NCBI GenBank assembly: GCA_964016885.1
Contig: OZ024744.1
Span: 51,956,001-52,020,000 of the forward strand
From: Eledone cirrhosa
Taxonomy: Eukaryota
Direction of reading: 5' to 3'
DNA: 64,000 bases
Shown: positions 1 through 15,000 of the stretch, piece after piece
Layout of the letters: every line of letters starts with the position of its first letter
Numbering within the stretch: the stretch's first letter is position 1
Notes under the pieces: model-generated
Told to the model about the DNA's origin: nothing
Databases searched by the model: none
What the model saw: only the letters and a program-made list of their open reading frames with translations
Translations under genes and position numbers: made by a program

Positions 1-3000
1 CTAGTCATGATCTGGTAGATGTTAGTGTTTAGATAAAGAGATTGCCATGTCTGGTAGATGTTGTCAGTTTAGAGAAAGAGATAGCCATGATCTGGTAGAT
101 GTTTGGGTTTAGATAAAGAGATAGCCATGATCTGGTAGATGTTAGGGCTTAGACAAAGAGATAGCCATGATCTGGTAGATGTTACCAGTTTAGATAAAGA
201 GAGAGCCATGATCGGGTAGACGTTAGGGTGGAGACAGAGAGATAACCATGATCTGGTAGATTTTACCTGTTTAGATATAGAGGAGACATGATCAGGTAGA
301 TGTTACCAGTTTAGATAAAGAGAGAGCCATGATCTGGTAGATGTTACCAGTTTAGATAAAGAGATAGCCATGATCTGGTAGATGTTACCAGTTTAGATAA
401 AGAGAGAGCCATGATCAGGTAGATGTTACCAGTTTAGATAAAGAGAGAGCCATGATCTGGTAGATGTTACCAGTTTAGATAAAGAGATAGCCATGATCTG
501 GTAGATGTTACCAGTTTAGATAAAGAGATAGCCATGATCTGGTAGATGTTACCAGTTTAGATAAAGAGATAGCCATGATCTGGTAGATGTTACCAGTATA
601 GATAAAGAGATAGCCATGATCTGATAGATGCTATTGTTTAGATAAAGAGATAGCTATGATCTGGTAGATGTACTAGTTTAGATAAAGAGATAGCCATGAT
701 CTGGAAGATGTTAGGGTTTAGATAAAGCGGTAGCCATGATCTGGTAGATAATAAGGTTTAGATAAAGAGATAGCCATGATCTGGTAGTTGTTCCCAGTTT
801 AGATATAGAGAGAGCCATGATCAGGTAGATGTTAGGGTTTAGATAACGAGATAGCCATGATCTGGTAGATGTTACCATTTTAGATAAAGAGAGAGCCATG
901 ATCTGGTAGATGTTACCAGGTTAGATAAAGTGAGAGCCATGATCTGGTAGATGTTACCAGTCTAGATAAAGAGATAGCCATGATCTGGTAGATTTTACCA
1001 GTTTAGATAAAGAGATAGCAATGATCTGGTAGATATTACCAGTTTAGATGAAGTGTTAGCCATGATCTGGTAGATGTTGTCAGTTTCGATAAAGAGATAG
1101 CCATGACCTGGTAGATGTTTCCAGTTTAGATAAAGAGATAGCCATGATCTGGTAGATGTTAGTATTTACATAAAGAGATAGCCATGATCTGGTAGATATT
1201 AGTGTTTAGATAAAGAGATAGCCATGATCTGGTAGATGTTAGGGTTTAGATAAAGAGATAGCCATAATCTGGTAGATGTTAGGGTTTACATAAAGAGATA
1301 ACCATGATATGGTAGATGTTAGTGTTTAGACAAGAATATAGCCATGTCTGGTACATGTTGTCAGTTTAGATAAAGAGATAGCCATGATCTGGTAGATGTT
1401 AGTGTTTAAATAAAGAGATAGCCATGATCTGGTAGATGTTCTGGTTAGATAAAGAGATAGCCATGTCTGGTAGATGTTGCCAGTTTAGATAAAGAGATAG
1501 CCATGATCTGGTAGATGCTAGGCTTTAGATAAAGAGATAGCCATGAACTGGTAGATATTCGGGTTTAGATAAAGAGAGAGCCATGATCTGGTAAATGCTG
1601 GTGTTTAGATAAAGAGATATCAATTATCTGGTATATGTTACCAGTTTAGATAAAGAGATAGCCATGATCTGGTAGATATTATCGTTCGTTTAGATAAAGA
1701 GATAGCCCTGATCTGGTAGATGTTACCAATTTATATAAAGAGGGAGTCATGATCTGGTAGATGTTAGTGATTAGATAAAGTGATTGCCATGTCTGGTAGA
1801 TGTTGTCGGTTTAGATAAAGAGATAGCAATGAATCTGGTAGATGTTCGGGTTTAGATAAAGAGATAGCCATGATCTGGTAGATGTTAATGTTTAGATAAA
1901 GAGATAGTCATGATCTGGTAGACGTTAGGGTGTAGACAAAGAGATAGCCATGATCTGTTAGATGTTATATGTTTAGATATAGAGAGAGCCATTATCAGGT
2001 AGATGTTACCAGATTAGATAAAGTGAGAGCCATGATCCGGTAGATGTTAGGGTTTAGATAAAGAGATAGCCATGATCTGGTAGACGTTAGGGCGTAGACA
2101 AAGAGATAGCCATGATCTGGTAGTTGTTACCTGTTTAGATATAGAGAGAGCCATGATCAGGTAGATGTTAGGGTTTAGATAATGAGATAGCCATGATCTG
2201 GTAGATGTTACCATTTTAGATAAAGAGAGAGCCATGATCTGGTAGATGTTAGGGTTTAGATAAAGAGATAGCCATGATCTGATAGACGTTAGGGTGTAGA
2301 CAAAGAGATAGACATGATCTGGTAGATGTTACCTGTTTAGATATAGAGAGAGCCATTATTAGGTAGATGTTACCAGATTAGATAAAGAGAGAGCCATTAT
2401 CCGGTAGATGCTAGGGTTTAGATAAAGAGATAGCCCTGATCTGGTAGATGTGACCAGTTTAGATAAAGTGAGACCCATGATCTGGCAGATGTTACGGTAT
2501 AGACAAAGAGATAGCCATGATCTGGTAGATGTTAGGGTTTAGATAATGAGATAGCAATGATCTGGTAGAAGTTACCAGTTTAGATAAAGAGAGAGCCATG
2601 ATCTGTTAGATGTTAGGGTTTAGATAAAGCGATAACCATCAACTGGTAGATGTTAGGGTTTAGATAAAGAGATAGCCATGATCTGGTAGATCTTACCATT
2701 TTAGATAAAGAGAGAGCCATGAACTGGTAGATGTTAGGGTTTAGATAAAGCGATAGCCATCTGCTGGTAGATGTTAGGGTTTAGATAAAGAGACAGCCAT
2801 GATCTGGTAGATCTTACCATTTTAGATAAAGAGATAGCCATGATCTGGTAGATCTTACCATTTTAGATAAAGAGATAGCCATGATCTGGTAGATGTTGTC
2901 AGTTTCGATAAAGAGATAGCCATGACCTGGTAGATGTTTCCAGTTTAGATAAAGAGATAGCCATGATCTGGTAGATGTTAGTATTTACATAAAGAGATAG

Positions 3001-6000
3001 CCATGATCTGGTAGATGTTAGTGTTTAGATAAAGAGATAGCCATGATCTGGTAGATGTTAGGGTTTAGATAAAGAGATAGCCATAATCTGGTAGATGTTA
3101 GGGTTTACATAAAGAGATAACCATGATATGGTAGATGTTAGTGTTTAGACAAGAATATAGCCATGTCTGATACATGTTGTCAGTTTAGATAAAGAGATAG
3201 CCATGATCTGGTAGATGTTAGTGTTTAAATAAAGAGATAGCCATGATCTGGTAGATGTTCTGGTTAGATAAAGAGATAGCCATGTCTGGTAGATGTTGCC
3301 AGTTTAGATAAATAGATAGCCATGATCTGGTAGATGCTAGGCTTTAGATAAAGAGATAGCCATGATCTGGTAGATGCTAGGCTTTAGATAAAGAGATAGC
3401 CATGATCTGGTAGATATTCGGGTTTAGATAAAGAGAGAGCCATGATCTGGTAAATGCTGGAGTTTAGATAAAGAGATATCAATTATCTGGTATATGTTAC
3501 CAGTTTAGATAAAGAGATAGCCATGATCTGGTAGATATTATCGTTCGTTTAGATAAAGAGATAGCCCTGATCTGGTAGATGTTACCAATTTATATAAAGA
3601 GGGAGTCATGATCTGGTAGATGTTAATGATTAGATAAAGTGATTGCCATGTCTGGTCTGGTAGATGTTGTCAGTTTAGATAAAGAGATAGCAATGAATCT
3701 GGTAGATGTTCGGGTTTAGATAAAGAGATAGCCATGATCTGGTAGATGTTAATGTTTAGATAAAGAGATAGCCATGATCTGGTAGACGTTAGGGTGTAGA
3801 CAAAGAGATAGCCATGATCTGTTAGATGTTATATGTTTAGATATAGAGAGAGCCATTATCAGGTAGATGTTACCAGATTAGATAAAGTGAGAGCCATGAT
3901 CCGGTAGATGTTAGGGTTTAGATAAAGAGATAGCCACTATCTGGTAGACGTTAGGGCGTAGACAAAGAGATAGCCATGATCTGGTAGTTGTTACCTGTTT
4001 AGATATAGAGAGAGCCATGATCAGGTAGATGTTAGGGTTTAGATAATGAGATAGCCATGATCTGGTAGATGTTGTTAGTTTAGATAAAGAGATAGCCATG
4101 ATCTGGTAGATGTTAGGGTTTAGATAAAGAGATAGCCATGATCTGATAGACGTTAGGGTGTAGACAAAGAGATAGACATGATCTGGTAGATGTTACCTGT
4201 TTAGATATAGAGAGAGCCATTATTAGGTAGATGTTACCAGATTAGATAAAGAGAGAGCCATTATCCGGTAGATGCTAGGGTTTAGATAAAGAGATAGCCC
4301 TGATCTGGTAGATGTGACCAGTTTAGATAAAGTGAGACCCATGATCTGGCAGATGTTACGGTATAGACAAAGAGAGAGCCATGATCTGGTAGATGTTAGG
4401 GTTTAGATAATGAGATAGCAATGATCTGGTAGAAGTTACCAGTTTAGATAAAGAGAGAGCCATGATCTGTTAGATGTTAGGGTTTAGATAAAGCGATAAC
4501 CATCAACTGGTAGATGTTAGGGTTTAGATAAAGAGATAGCCATGATCTGGTAGATCTTACCATTTTAGATAAAGAGAGAGCCATGAACTGGTAGATGTTA
4601 GGGTTTAGATAAAGCGATAGCCATCAACTGGTAGATGTTAGGGTTTAGATAAAGAGACAGCCATGATCTGGTAGATCTTACCATTTTAGATAAAGAGATA
4701 GCCATGATCTGGTAGATCTTACCATTTTAGATAAAGAGATAGCCATGATCTGGTAGATGTTGTCAGTTTAGATAAAGAGATAGCCATCATCTGGTAGATG
4801 TTGTCAGTTTAGATAAAGAGATAGCCATCATCTGGTAGATGTTACCAGTTCAGATAAAGAGATAGCCATGATCTGACAGATATTACCAGTTTAGATAAAG
4901 TGTTAACCATGATCTGGTAGATGTTAGGATTTAGATAAAGAGATAGCCCTGATCTGGTAGATGTTATCGGTTTAGATAAAGAGATAGCCATGATCTGGTA
5001 GATGTTAGTGTTTAGATAAAGAGATAGCCATGATCTGGTAGATGTTACCAGTTCAGATAAAGAGATAGCCATGATCTGACAGATATTACCAGTTTAGATA
5101 AAGTGTTAGCCATGATCTGGTAGATGTTAGGATTTAGATAAAGAGATAGCCCTGATCTGGTAGATGTTATCGGTTTAGATAAAGAGATAGCCATCATCTG
5201 GTACATGCTAGTGTTTAGATAAAGAGATAGCCATGATCTGGTAGATGTTAGGGTTTAGATAAAGAGATAGCCATGATCTGGTAGATGTTAGTGTTTAGAC
5301 AAAAATATAGCCATGTCTGGTACATGTTGTCAGTTTAGCTAAAGAGATAGCTATGATCTGGTAGATGTTAGTGTTTAGATAAAGAGATAGCCATGGTCTT
5401 GTAGATGTTAGTGTTTAGATAAAGAGATTGAAATGATCTGGTAGATGTTAGAGTTTAGACAGAGAGATAGCAGTGATCGGGTAGATATTACCAGTTTAGA
5501 TAAAGAGATAGTCATGATCTGGTAGACGTTAGTGTGGCGACACAGAGATAACCATGATCAGGTAGATGTTACCAGTTTAGATAAAGAGAGAGCCATGAGC
5601 AGGTAGATTGTACGGTTTAGATAAAGAGACAGCCATGATCTGGTAGATGTTACCAGTTTAGATAAAGAGAGAGCCATGATCTGGTAGATGTTAGGGTTTA
5701 GATAAAGCGATAGCCATGATCTGGTAGATGTTAGGGTTTAGATAAAGAGATAGCCGTGATCTGGTAGATGTTACCAGTTTAGATAAAGAGATAGCCATGA
5801 TCTTGTAGATATTACCAGTTTAGATAAAGTGTTAGCCATGATCTGGTAGATGTTAGTGTTTAGATAAAGCGATAGCCATGATCTGGTAGATGTTAGGGTT
5901 TAGATAAAGAGATAGCCATGATCTGGTAGATGTTAGGGTTTAGATAAAGAGATAGCCCTGATCTGGTAGATGTTATCGGTTTAGATAAAGAGATAGCCAT

Positions 6001-9000
6001 GATCTGGTAGATGTTATTATTTACATAAAGAGATAGCCATGATCTGGTAGATGTTAGGGTTTAGATAAAGAGATAGCCATGATCTGGTAGATGTAAGGGT
6101 TTAGATAAAGAGATAGCCATGATCTGGTAGATGTTAGGGTTTAGATAAAGAGATAGCCATGATCTGGTAGATGTTAGGGTTTAGATAAAGAGATAGCCAT
6201 GATCTGGTAGATGTTTCGGTTTAGATAAAGAGATAGCCATGATCTGGTAGATGTTAGGGCTTAGACAAAGAGATAGCCATGTTCTGGTAGATGTTACCAG
6301 TTTAGATAAAGAGATAGCCATGATCTGGTAGACGTTAGTGTGGAGACACAGAGATAACCATGATCTGGTAGATGTTACCTGTTTAGATATAGGAAAGCCA
6401 ATGATCAGGTAGATGTTACCAGTTTAGATAAAGAGAGAGCCATGAGCAGGTAGATGCTAGGCTTTAGATAAAGAGATAGCCATGATCTGGTAGATCTTAC
6501 TATTTTAGATAAAGAGATAGCCATGATCTGGTAGATGTTACCAGTTTAGATAAAGAGAGAACCATGATCTGGTAGATGTTAGGGTTTAGATAAAGAGATA
6601 GCCATGATCTGGTAGATGTTACCATTTTAGATAAAGAGAGAGCCATGATCTGGTAGATGCTAGGGTTTAGATAATGAGATAGCCATGATCTGGTAGATGT
6701 TACCATTTTAGATAAAGAGATAGCCTTGATCTGGTAGATGTTACCAGTTTAGATAAAGAGATAGCCATGATCTGGTAGATGTTGTCAGTTTAGATAAAGA
6801 GATAGCCATCATCTGGTAGATGTTGTCAGTTTAGATAAAGAGATAGCCATCATCTGGTAGATGTTACCAGTTCAGATAAAGAGATAGCCATGATCTGACA
6901 GATATTACCAGTTTAGATAAAGTGTTAGCCATGATCTGGTAGATGTTAGGATTTAGATAAAGAGATAGCCCTGATCTGGTAGATGTTATCGGTTTAGATA
7001 AAGAGATAGCCATGATCTGGTAGATGTTAGTGTTTAGATAAAGAGATAGCCATGATCTGGTAGATGTTACGGTTTGGACAAAATAGATAGGCCGTGATCT
7101 GGTAGATGTTAGGGTTTAGATAAAGAGATAGCCATAGTCTGGTAGATGTTAGGGTTTAGATAAAGAGATAGCCATGATCTGGTAGATGTTCGGGCTTAGA
7201 CAAAGAGATAGCCATGATCTGGTAGATCTTACCATTTTAGATAAAGAGATATCCATGATCTGGTAGATGTTACCCGTTCAGATAAAGAGATAGCCATGAT
7301 CTGACAGATATTACCAGTTTAGATAAAGTGTTAGCCATGATCTGGTAGATGTTAGGATTTAGATAAAGAGATAGCCCTGATCTGGTAGATGTTATCGGTT
7401 TAGATAAAGAGATAGCCATCATCTGGTAGATGTTAGTGTTTAGATAAAGAGATAGCCATGGTCTTGTAGATGTTAGTGTTTAGATAAAGAGATTGAAATG
7501 ATCTGGTAGATGTTAGAGTTTAGACAGAGAGATAGCAGTGATCGGGTAGAAATTACCAGTTTAGATAAAGAGATAGTCATGATCTGGTAGACGTTAGTGT
7601 GGCGACACAGAGATAACCATGATCAGGTAGATGTTACCAGTTTAGATAAAGAGAGAGCCATGATCTTGTAGATGTTAGGGTTTAGATAAAGCGATAGCCA
7701 TGATCTGGTAGATGTTAGGGTTTAGATAAAGAGATAGCCGTGATCTGGTAGATGTTACCAGTTTAGATGAAGAGATAGCCATGATCTTGTAGATATTACC
7801 AGTATAGATAAAGTGTTAGCCATGATCTGGTAGATGTTAGTGTTTAGATAAAGCGATAGCCATGATCTGGTAGATGTTAGGGTTTAGATAAAGAGATAGC
7901 CATGATCTGGTAGATGTTAGGGTTTAGATAAAGAGATAGCCCTGATCTGGTAGATGTTATCGGTTTAGATAAAGAGATAGCCATGATCTGGTAGATGTTA
8001 TTATTTACATAAAGAGATAGCCATGATCTGGTAGATGTTAGGGTTTAGATAAAGAGATAGCCATGATCTGGTAGATGTTAGGGTTTAGATAAAGAGATAG
8101 CCATGATCTGGTAGATGTTAGGGTTTAGATAAAGAGATAGCTATGATCTGGTAGATGTTAGGGTTTAGATGAAGAGATAGCCATGATCTGGTAGATGTTT
8201 CGGTTTAGATAAAGAGATAGCCATGATCTGGTAGATGTTAGGGCTTAGACAAAGAGATAGCCATGTTCTGGTAGATGTTACCAGTTTAGATAAAGAGATA
8301 GCCATGATCTGGTAGACGTTATGGTGGAGACACAGAGATAACCATGATCTGGTAGATGTTACCTGTTTAGATATAGGAAAGCCAATGATCAGGTAGATGT
8401 TACCAGTTTAGATAAAGAGAGAGCCATGAGCAGGTAGATGCTAGGCTTTAGATAAAGAGATAGCCATGATCTGGTAGATCTTACCATTTTAGATAAAGAG
8501 AGAGCCATGATCTGGTAGATGCTAACGTTTAGATAAAGAGATAGCCATGATCTGGTAGATGTTACCAGTTTAGATAAAGAGAGAACCATGATCTGGTAGA
8601 TGTTAGGGTTTAGATAAAGAGATAGCCATGATCTGGTAGATGTTACCATTTTAGATAAAGAGAGAGCCATGATCTGGTAGATGCTAGGGTTTAGATAATG
8701 AGATAGCCATGATCTGGTAGATGTTACCATTTTAGATAAAGAGATAGCCATGATCTGGTAGATGTTACCAGTTTAGATAAAGAGAGAGCCATGATCTGGT
8801 AGATATACGGGTTTAGATAAAGAGATATCCATGATCTGGTAGATGTTAGGGTTTAGATAAAGAGATAGCCATGATCTGGTAGACGTTAGGGTGTAGACAA
8901 AGAGATAGCCATGATCTGTTAGATGTTACCTGTTTAGATATAGAGAGGGCCATGATAAGGTAGATCCTAGGGTTTAGATAAAGAGATAGCCATGAGCTGG

Positions 9001-12000
9001 TAGATATTACCAGTTTAGATAAAGTGTTAGCCATGATCTGGTAGATGTCAGGGTTTCGATAAAGAGACAGCCCTGATCTGGTAGATGTTAGTATTTACAT
9101 AAAGAGATGGCCATGATCTGGTAGATGTTTCGGTTTAGATAAAGAGATAGCCATGTTCTGGTAAATGTTAGGGCTTAGACAAAGAGATAGCCATAATCTG
9201 GTAGATGTTACCTGTTTAGATAAAGAGAAGGCCATGATCTGGTAGACGCTAGTGTGGAGACACAGAGATAACCATGATCTGGTAGATGTTACCTGTTTAG
9301 ATATAGGAAAGTCAATGATCAGGTAGATGCTAGGGTTTAGATAAAGAGATTGCCATGATCTGTTAGATCTTACCATTTTAGATAAAGAGATAGCCATGAT
9401 CTGGTAGATGTTACCATTTTAGATAAAGAGAGAGCCATGAACTGGTAGATGCTAGTGTTTAGATAATGAGATAGCCATGATATGGTAGATGTTACCAGTT
9501 TAGATAAAGCGATAGCCATGACCTGGTAGATATAACAAGTTTAGATAAAGAGATAGGCATGATCTGGTAGATGTTACCAGTTTAGATAAAGAGAGAGCCA
9601 TGATCTGGTAGATGCTAGGGTTTAGATAATGAGATAGCCATGATCTGGTAGATGTTACCATTTTAGATAAAGAGAGAGCCATGATCTGGTAGATGGTAGT
9701 GTTTAGATAATGAGATAGCCATGATCTGGTAGATGTTACCAGTTTAGATAAAGAGAGAGCCATGATCTGGTAGATATTCGGGTTTAGATAAAGAGATATC
9801 CATGATCTGGTAGATGTTAGGGTTTAGATAAAGAGATAGCCATGATCTGGTAGACGTTAGGGTGTAGACAAAGAAATAGCCATGATCTGTTAGATGTTAC
9901 CTGTTTAGATATAGAGAGGGCCATGATAAGGTAGATCCTAGGGTTTAGATAAAGAGATAGCCCTGATCTGGTAGATGTTACGGTTTGGACAAAATAGATA
10001 GCCGTGATCTGGAAGATGTTAGGATTTAGATAAAGAGATAGCCATAGTCTGGTAGATGTTAGGGTTTAGATAAAGAGATAGGCATGAGCTGGTAGATGTT
10101 AGGGCTTAGACAAAGAGATAGCCATGATCTGGTAGATGTTACCGGTTTAGATAAAGAGAGAGCCATGATCTGGTAGACGTTAGTGTGGAGACACAGAGAT
10201 AACCATGATCTGGTAGATGTTACCTGTTTAGATATAGGAGAGCCAATGATCAGGTAGATGCTAGGGTTTAGATATAGAGAGAGCCATGATCTGGTAGATG
10301 TTACCAGTTTAGATAAAGAGAGAGCCATGAGCAGGTAGATGCTAGGGTTTAGATAAAGAGATAGCCATGATCTGGTAGATGTTACCAGTTTAGATAAAGA
10401 GAGAGCCATGATCTGGTAGATGTTAGGGTTTAGATAAAGCGATAGCCATGATTTGGTAGATGTTAGGGTTTAGATATAGAGATAGCCATGATCTGGTACT
10501 TGTTACCTGTTTAGATATAGAGAGAGCCATTATCAGGTAGATGTTAGGGTTTAGATAAAGAGATAGCCATGATCTGGTAGATGTTGTCAGTTTAGATAAA
10601 GAGATAGCCATGATCTGGTAGACGTTAGGGTGGAGACACAGAGATAACCATGATCTGGTAGCTGTTACCAGTTTAGATAAAGAGAGAGCCATGAGCAGGT
10701 AGATGCTAGGGTTTAGATAAAGAGATAGCCATGATCTGGTAGATCTTACCATTTTAGATAAAGAGATAGCCATGATCTGGTAGATGTTACCAGTTTAGAT
10801 AAAGAGAGAGCCATGATCTGGTAGATGTTAGGGTTTAGATAAAGCGATAGCCATGATCTGGTAGATGTTAGGGTTTAGATAAAGAGATAGCCATGATCTG
10901 GTCGACGTTAGGGTGTAGACAAAGTGATAGCCATGATCTGGTACTTGTTACCTGTTTAGATATAGAGAGGGCCATTATCAGGTAGATGTTAGGGTTTAGA
11001 TAAAGGGATAGCCATGATCTGGTAGATGTTATCAGTTTAGATAAAGAGATAGCCCTGAGCTGTTAGATGTTACCAGTATAGATAAAGAGATAGCCATGAT
11101 CTGGTAGATGTTACCAGTTTAGATAAAGTGTTAGCCATGATCTGGTAGATGTTAGGGTTTAGATAAAGCGATAGCCATGATCTGGTAGATGTTAAGGTTT
11201 AGATAAAGAGATAGCCGTGATCTGGTAGATGTTAGGGTTTAGACAAAGCGATAGCCATGATCTGGTAGATGTCAGGGTTTGGATAAAGAGACAGCCCTGA
11301 TCTGGTAGATGTTAGTATTTACATAAAGAGATGGCCATGATCTGGTAGATGTTTCGGTTTAGATAAAGAGATAGCCATGTTCTGGTAGATGTTAGGGCTT
11401 AGACAAAGAGATAGCCATGATCTGGTAGATGTTACCAGTTTAGATAAAGAGAGAGCCATAATCTGGTAGACGTTAGTGTGGAGACACAGAGATAACCATG
11501 ATCTGGTAGATGTTACCTGTTTAGATATAGGAAAGCCAATGATCAGGTAGATGTTACCCTTTTAGATAAAGAGATAGCCATGATCTGGTAGATGTTACCT
11601 GTTTAGATAAAGAGAGAGCCATGATCTGGTAGATGAAAGTGTTTAGATAAAGAGATAGCCATGATCTGGTAGATGTAACCAGTTTAGATAAAGAGAGAGG
11701 CATGATCTGGTAGATGTTACCAGTTTAGATAAAGAGAGAGCCATGATCTGGTAGATGCTAGTGTTTAGATAAAGATATAGCCATGATCTGGTAGATGTTA
11801 CCTGTTTAGATATAGGAAAGCCAATGATCAGGTAGATGTTAGGGTTTAGATAAAGAGATAGCCATGATCTGGTAGATGTTAGGGTTTAGATAAAGAGATA
11901 GCCATGATCTGGTAGATGTTAGGGTTTAGATAAAGAGATAGCCATGATCTGGTAGATGTTTCGGTTTAGATAAAGAGATAGCCATGATCTGGTAGATGTT

Positions 12001-15000
12001 AGGGCTTAGACAAAGAGATAGCCATGTTCTGGTAGATGTTACCTGTTTAGATAAAGAGATAGCCATGATCTGGTAGACGTTATGGTGGAGACACAGAGAT
12101 AACCATGATCTGGTAGATGTTACCTGTTTAGATATAGGAAAGCCAATGATCAGGTAGATGTTACCAGTTTAGATAAAGAGAGAGCCATGAGCAGGTAGAT
12201 GCTAGGCTTTAGATAAAGAGATAGCCATGATCTGGTAGATCTTACCATTTTAGATAAAGAGAGAGCCATGATCTGGTAGATGCTAACGTTTAGATAAAGA
12301 GATAGCCATGATCTGGTAGATGTTACCAGTTTAGATAAAGAGAGAACCATGATCTGGTAGATGTTAGGGTTTAGATAAAGAGATAGCCATGATCTGGTAG
12401 ATGTTACCATTTTAGATAAAGAGAGAGCCATGATCTGGTAGATGCTAGGGTTTAGATAATGAGATAGCCATGATCTGGTAGATGTTACCATTTTAGATAA
12501 AGAGATAGCCATGATCTGGTAGATGTTACCAGTTTAGATAAAGAGAGAGCCATGATCTGGTAGATATTCGGGTTTAGATAAAGAGATATCCATGATCTGG
12601 TAGATGTTAGGGTTTAGATAAAGAGATAGCCATGATCTGGTAGACGTTAGGGTGTAGACAAAGAGATAGCCATGATCTGTTAGATGTTACCTGTTTAGAT
12701 ATAGAGAGGGCCATGATAAGGTAGATCCTAGGGTTTAGATAAAGAGATAGCCATGAGCTGGTAGATATTACCAGTTTAGATAAAGTGTTAGCCATGATCT
12801 GGTAGATGTCAGGGTTTCGATAAAGAGACAGCCCTGATCTGGTAGATGTTAGTATTTACATAAAGAGATGGCCATGATCTGGTAGATGTTTCGGTTTAGA
12901 TAAAGAGATAGCCATGTTCTGGTAAATGTTAGGGCTTAGACAAAGAGATAGCCATAATCTGGTAGATGTTACCTGTTTAGATAAAGAGAAGGCCATGATC
13001 TGGTAGACGCTAGTGTGGAGACACAGAGATAACCATGATCTGGTAGATGTTACCTGTTTAGATATAGGAAAGTCAATGATCAGGTAGATGCTAGGGTTTA
13101 GATAAAGAGATTGCCATGATCTGTTAGATCTTACCATTTTAGATAAAGAGATAGCCATGATCTGGTAGATGTTACCATTTTAGATAAAGAGAGAGCCATG
13201 AACTGGTAGATGCTAGTGTTTAGATAATGAGATAGCCATGATATGGTAGATGTTACCAGTTTAGATAAAGCGATAGCCATGACCTGGTAGATATAACCAG
13301 TTTAGATAAAGAGATAGGCATGATCTGGTAGATGTTACCAGTTTAGATAAAGAGAGAGCCATGATCTGGTAGATGCTAGGGTTTAGATAATGAGATAGCC
13401 ATGATCTGGTAGATGTTACCATTTTAGATAAAGAGAGAGCCATGATCTGGTAGATGCTAGTGTTTAGATAATGAGATAGCCATGATCTGGTAGATGTTAC
13501 CAGTTTAGATAAAGAGAGAGCCATGATCTGGTAGATATTCGGGTTTAGATAAAGAGATATCCATGATCTGGTAGATGTTAGGGTTTAGATAAAGAGATAG
13601 CCATGATCTGGTAGACGTTAGGGTGTAGACAAAGAGATAGCCATGATCTGTTAGATGTTACCTGTTTAGATATAGAGAGGGCCATGATAAGGTAGATCCT
13701 AGGGTTTAGATAAAGAGATAGCCCTGATCTGGTAGATATTACGGTTTGGACAAAATAGATAGCCGTGATCTGGAAGATGTTAGGATTTAGATAAAGAGAT
13801 AGCCATAGTCTGGTAGATGTTAGGGTTTAGATAAAGAGATAGGCATGAGCTGGTAGATGTTAGGGCTTAGACAAAGAGATAGCCATGATCTGGTAGATGT
13901 TACCGGTTTAGATAAAGAGAGAGCCATGATCTGGTAGACGTTAGTGTGGAGACACAGAGATAACCATGATCTGGTAGATGTTACCTGTTTAGATATAGGA
14001 GAGCCAATGATCAGGTAGATGCTAGGGTTTAGATATAGAGAGAGCCATGATCTGGTAGATGTTACCAGTTTAGATAAAGAGAGAGCCATGAGCAGGTAGA
14101 TGCTAGGGTTTAGATAAAGAGATAGCCATGATCTGGTAGATGTTACCAGTTTAGATAAAGAGAGAGCCATGATCTGGTAGATGTTAGGGTTTAGATAAAG
14201 CGATAGCCATGATTTGGTAGATGTTAGGGTTTAGATATAGAGATAGCCATGATCTGGTACTTGTTACCTGTTTAGATATAGAGAGAGCCATTATCAGGTA
14301 GATGTTAGGGTTTAGATAAAGAGATAGCCATGATCTGGTAGATGTTGTCAGTTTAGATAAAGAGATAGCCATGATCTGGTAGACGTTAGGGTGGAGACAC
14401 AGAGATAACCATGATCTGGTAGCTGTTACCAGTTTAGATAAAGAGAGAGCCATGAGCAGGTAGATGCTAGGGTTTAGATAAAGAGATAGCCATGATCTGG
14501 TAGATCTTACCATTTTAGATAAAGAGATAGCCATGATCTGGTAGATGTTACCAGTTTAGATAAAGAGAGAGCCATGATCTGGTAGATGTTAGGGTTTAGA
14601 TAAAGCGATAGCCATGATCTGGTAGATGTTAGGGTTTAGATAAAGAGATAGCCATGATCTGGTCGACGTTAGGGTGTAGACAAAGTGATAGCCATGATCT
14701 GGTACTTGTTACCTGTTTAGATATAGAGAGGGCCATTATCAGGTAGATGTTAGGGTTTAGATAAAGGGATAGCCATGATCTGGTAGATGTTGTCAGTTTA
14801 GATAAAGAGATAGCCCTGAGCTGTTAGATGTTACCAGTATAGATAAAGAGATAGCCATGATCTGGTAGATGTTACCAGTTTAGATAAAGTGTTAGCCATG
14901 ATCTGGTAGATGTTAGGGTTTAGATAAAGCGATAGCCATGATCTGGTAGATGTTAAGGTTTAGATAAAGAGATAGCCGTGATCTGGTAGATGTTAGGGTT

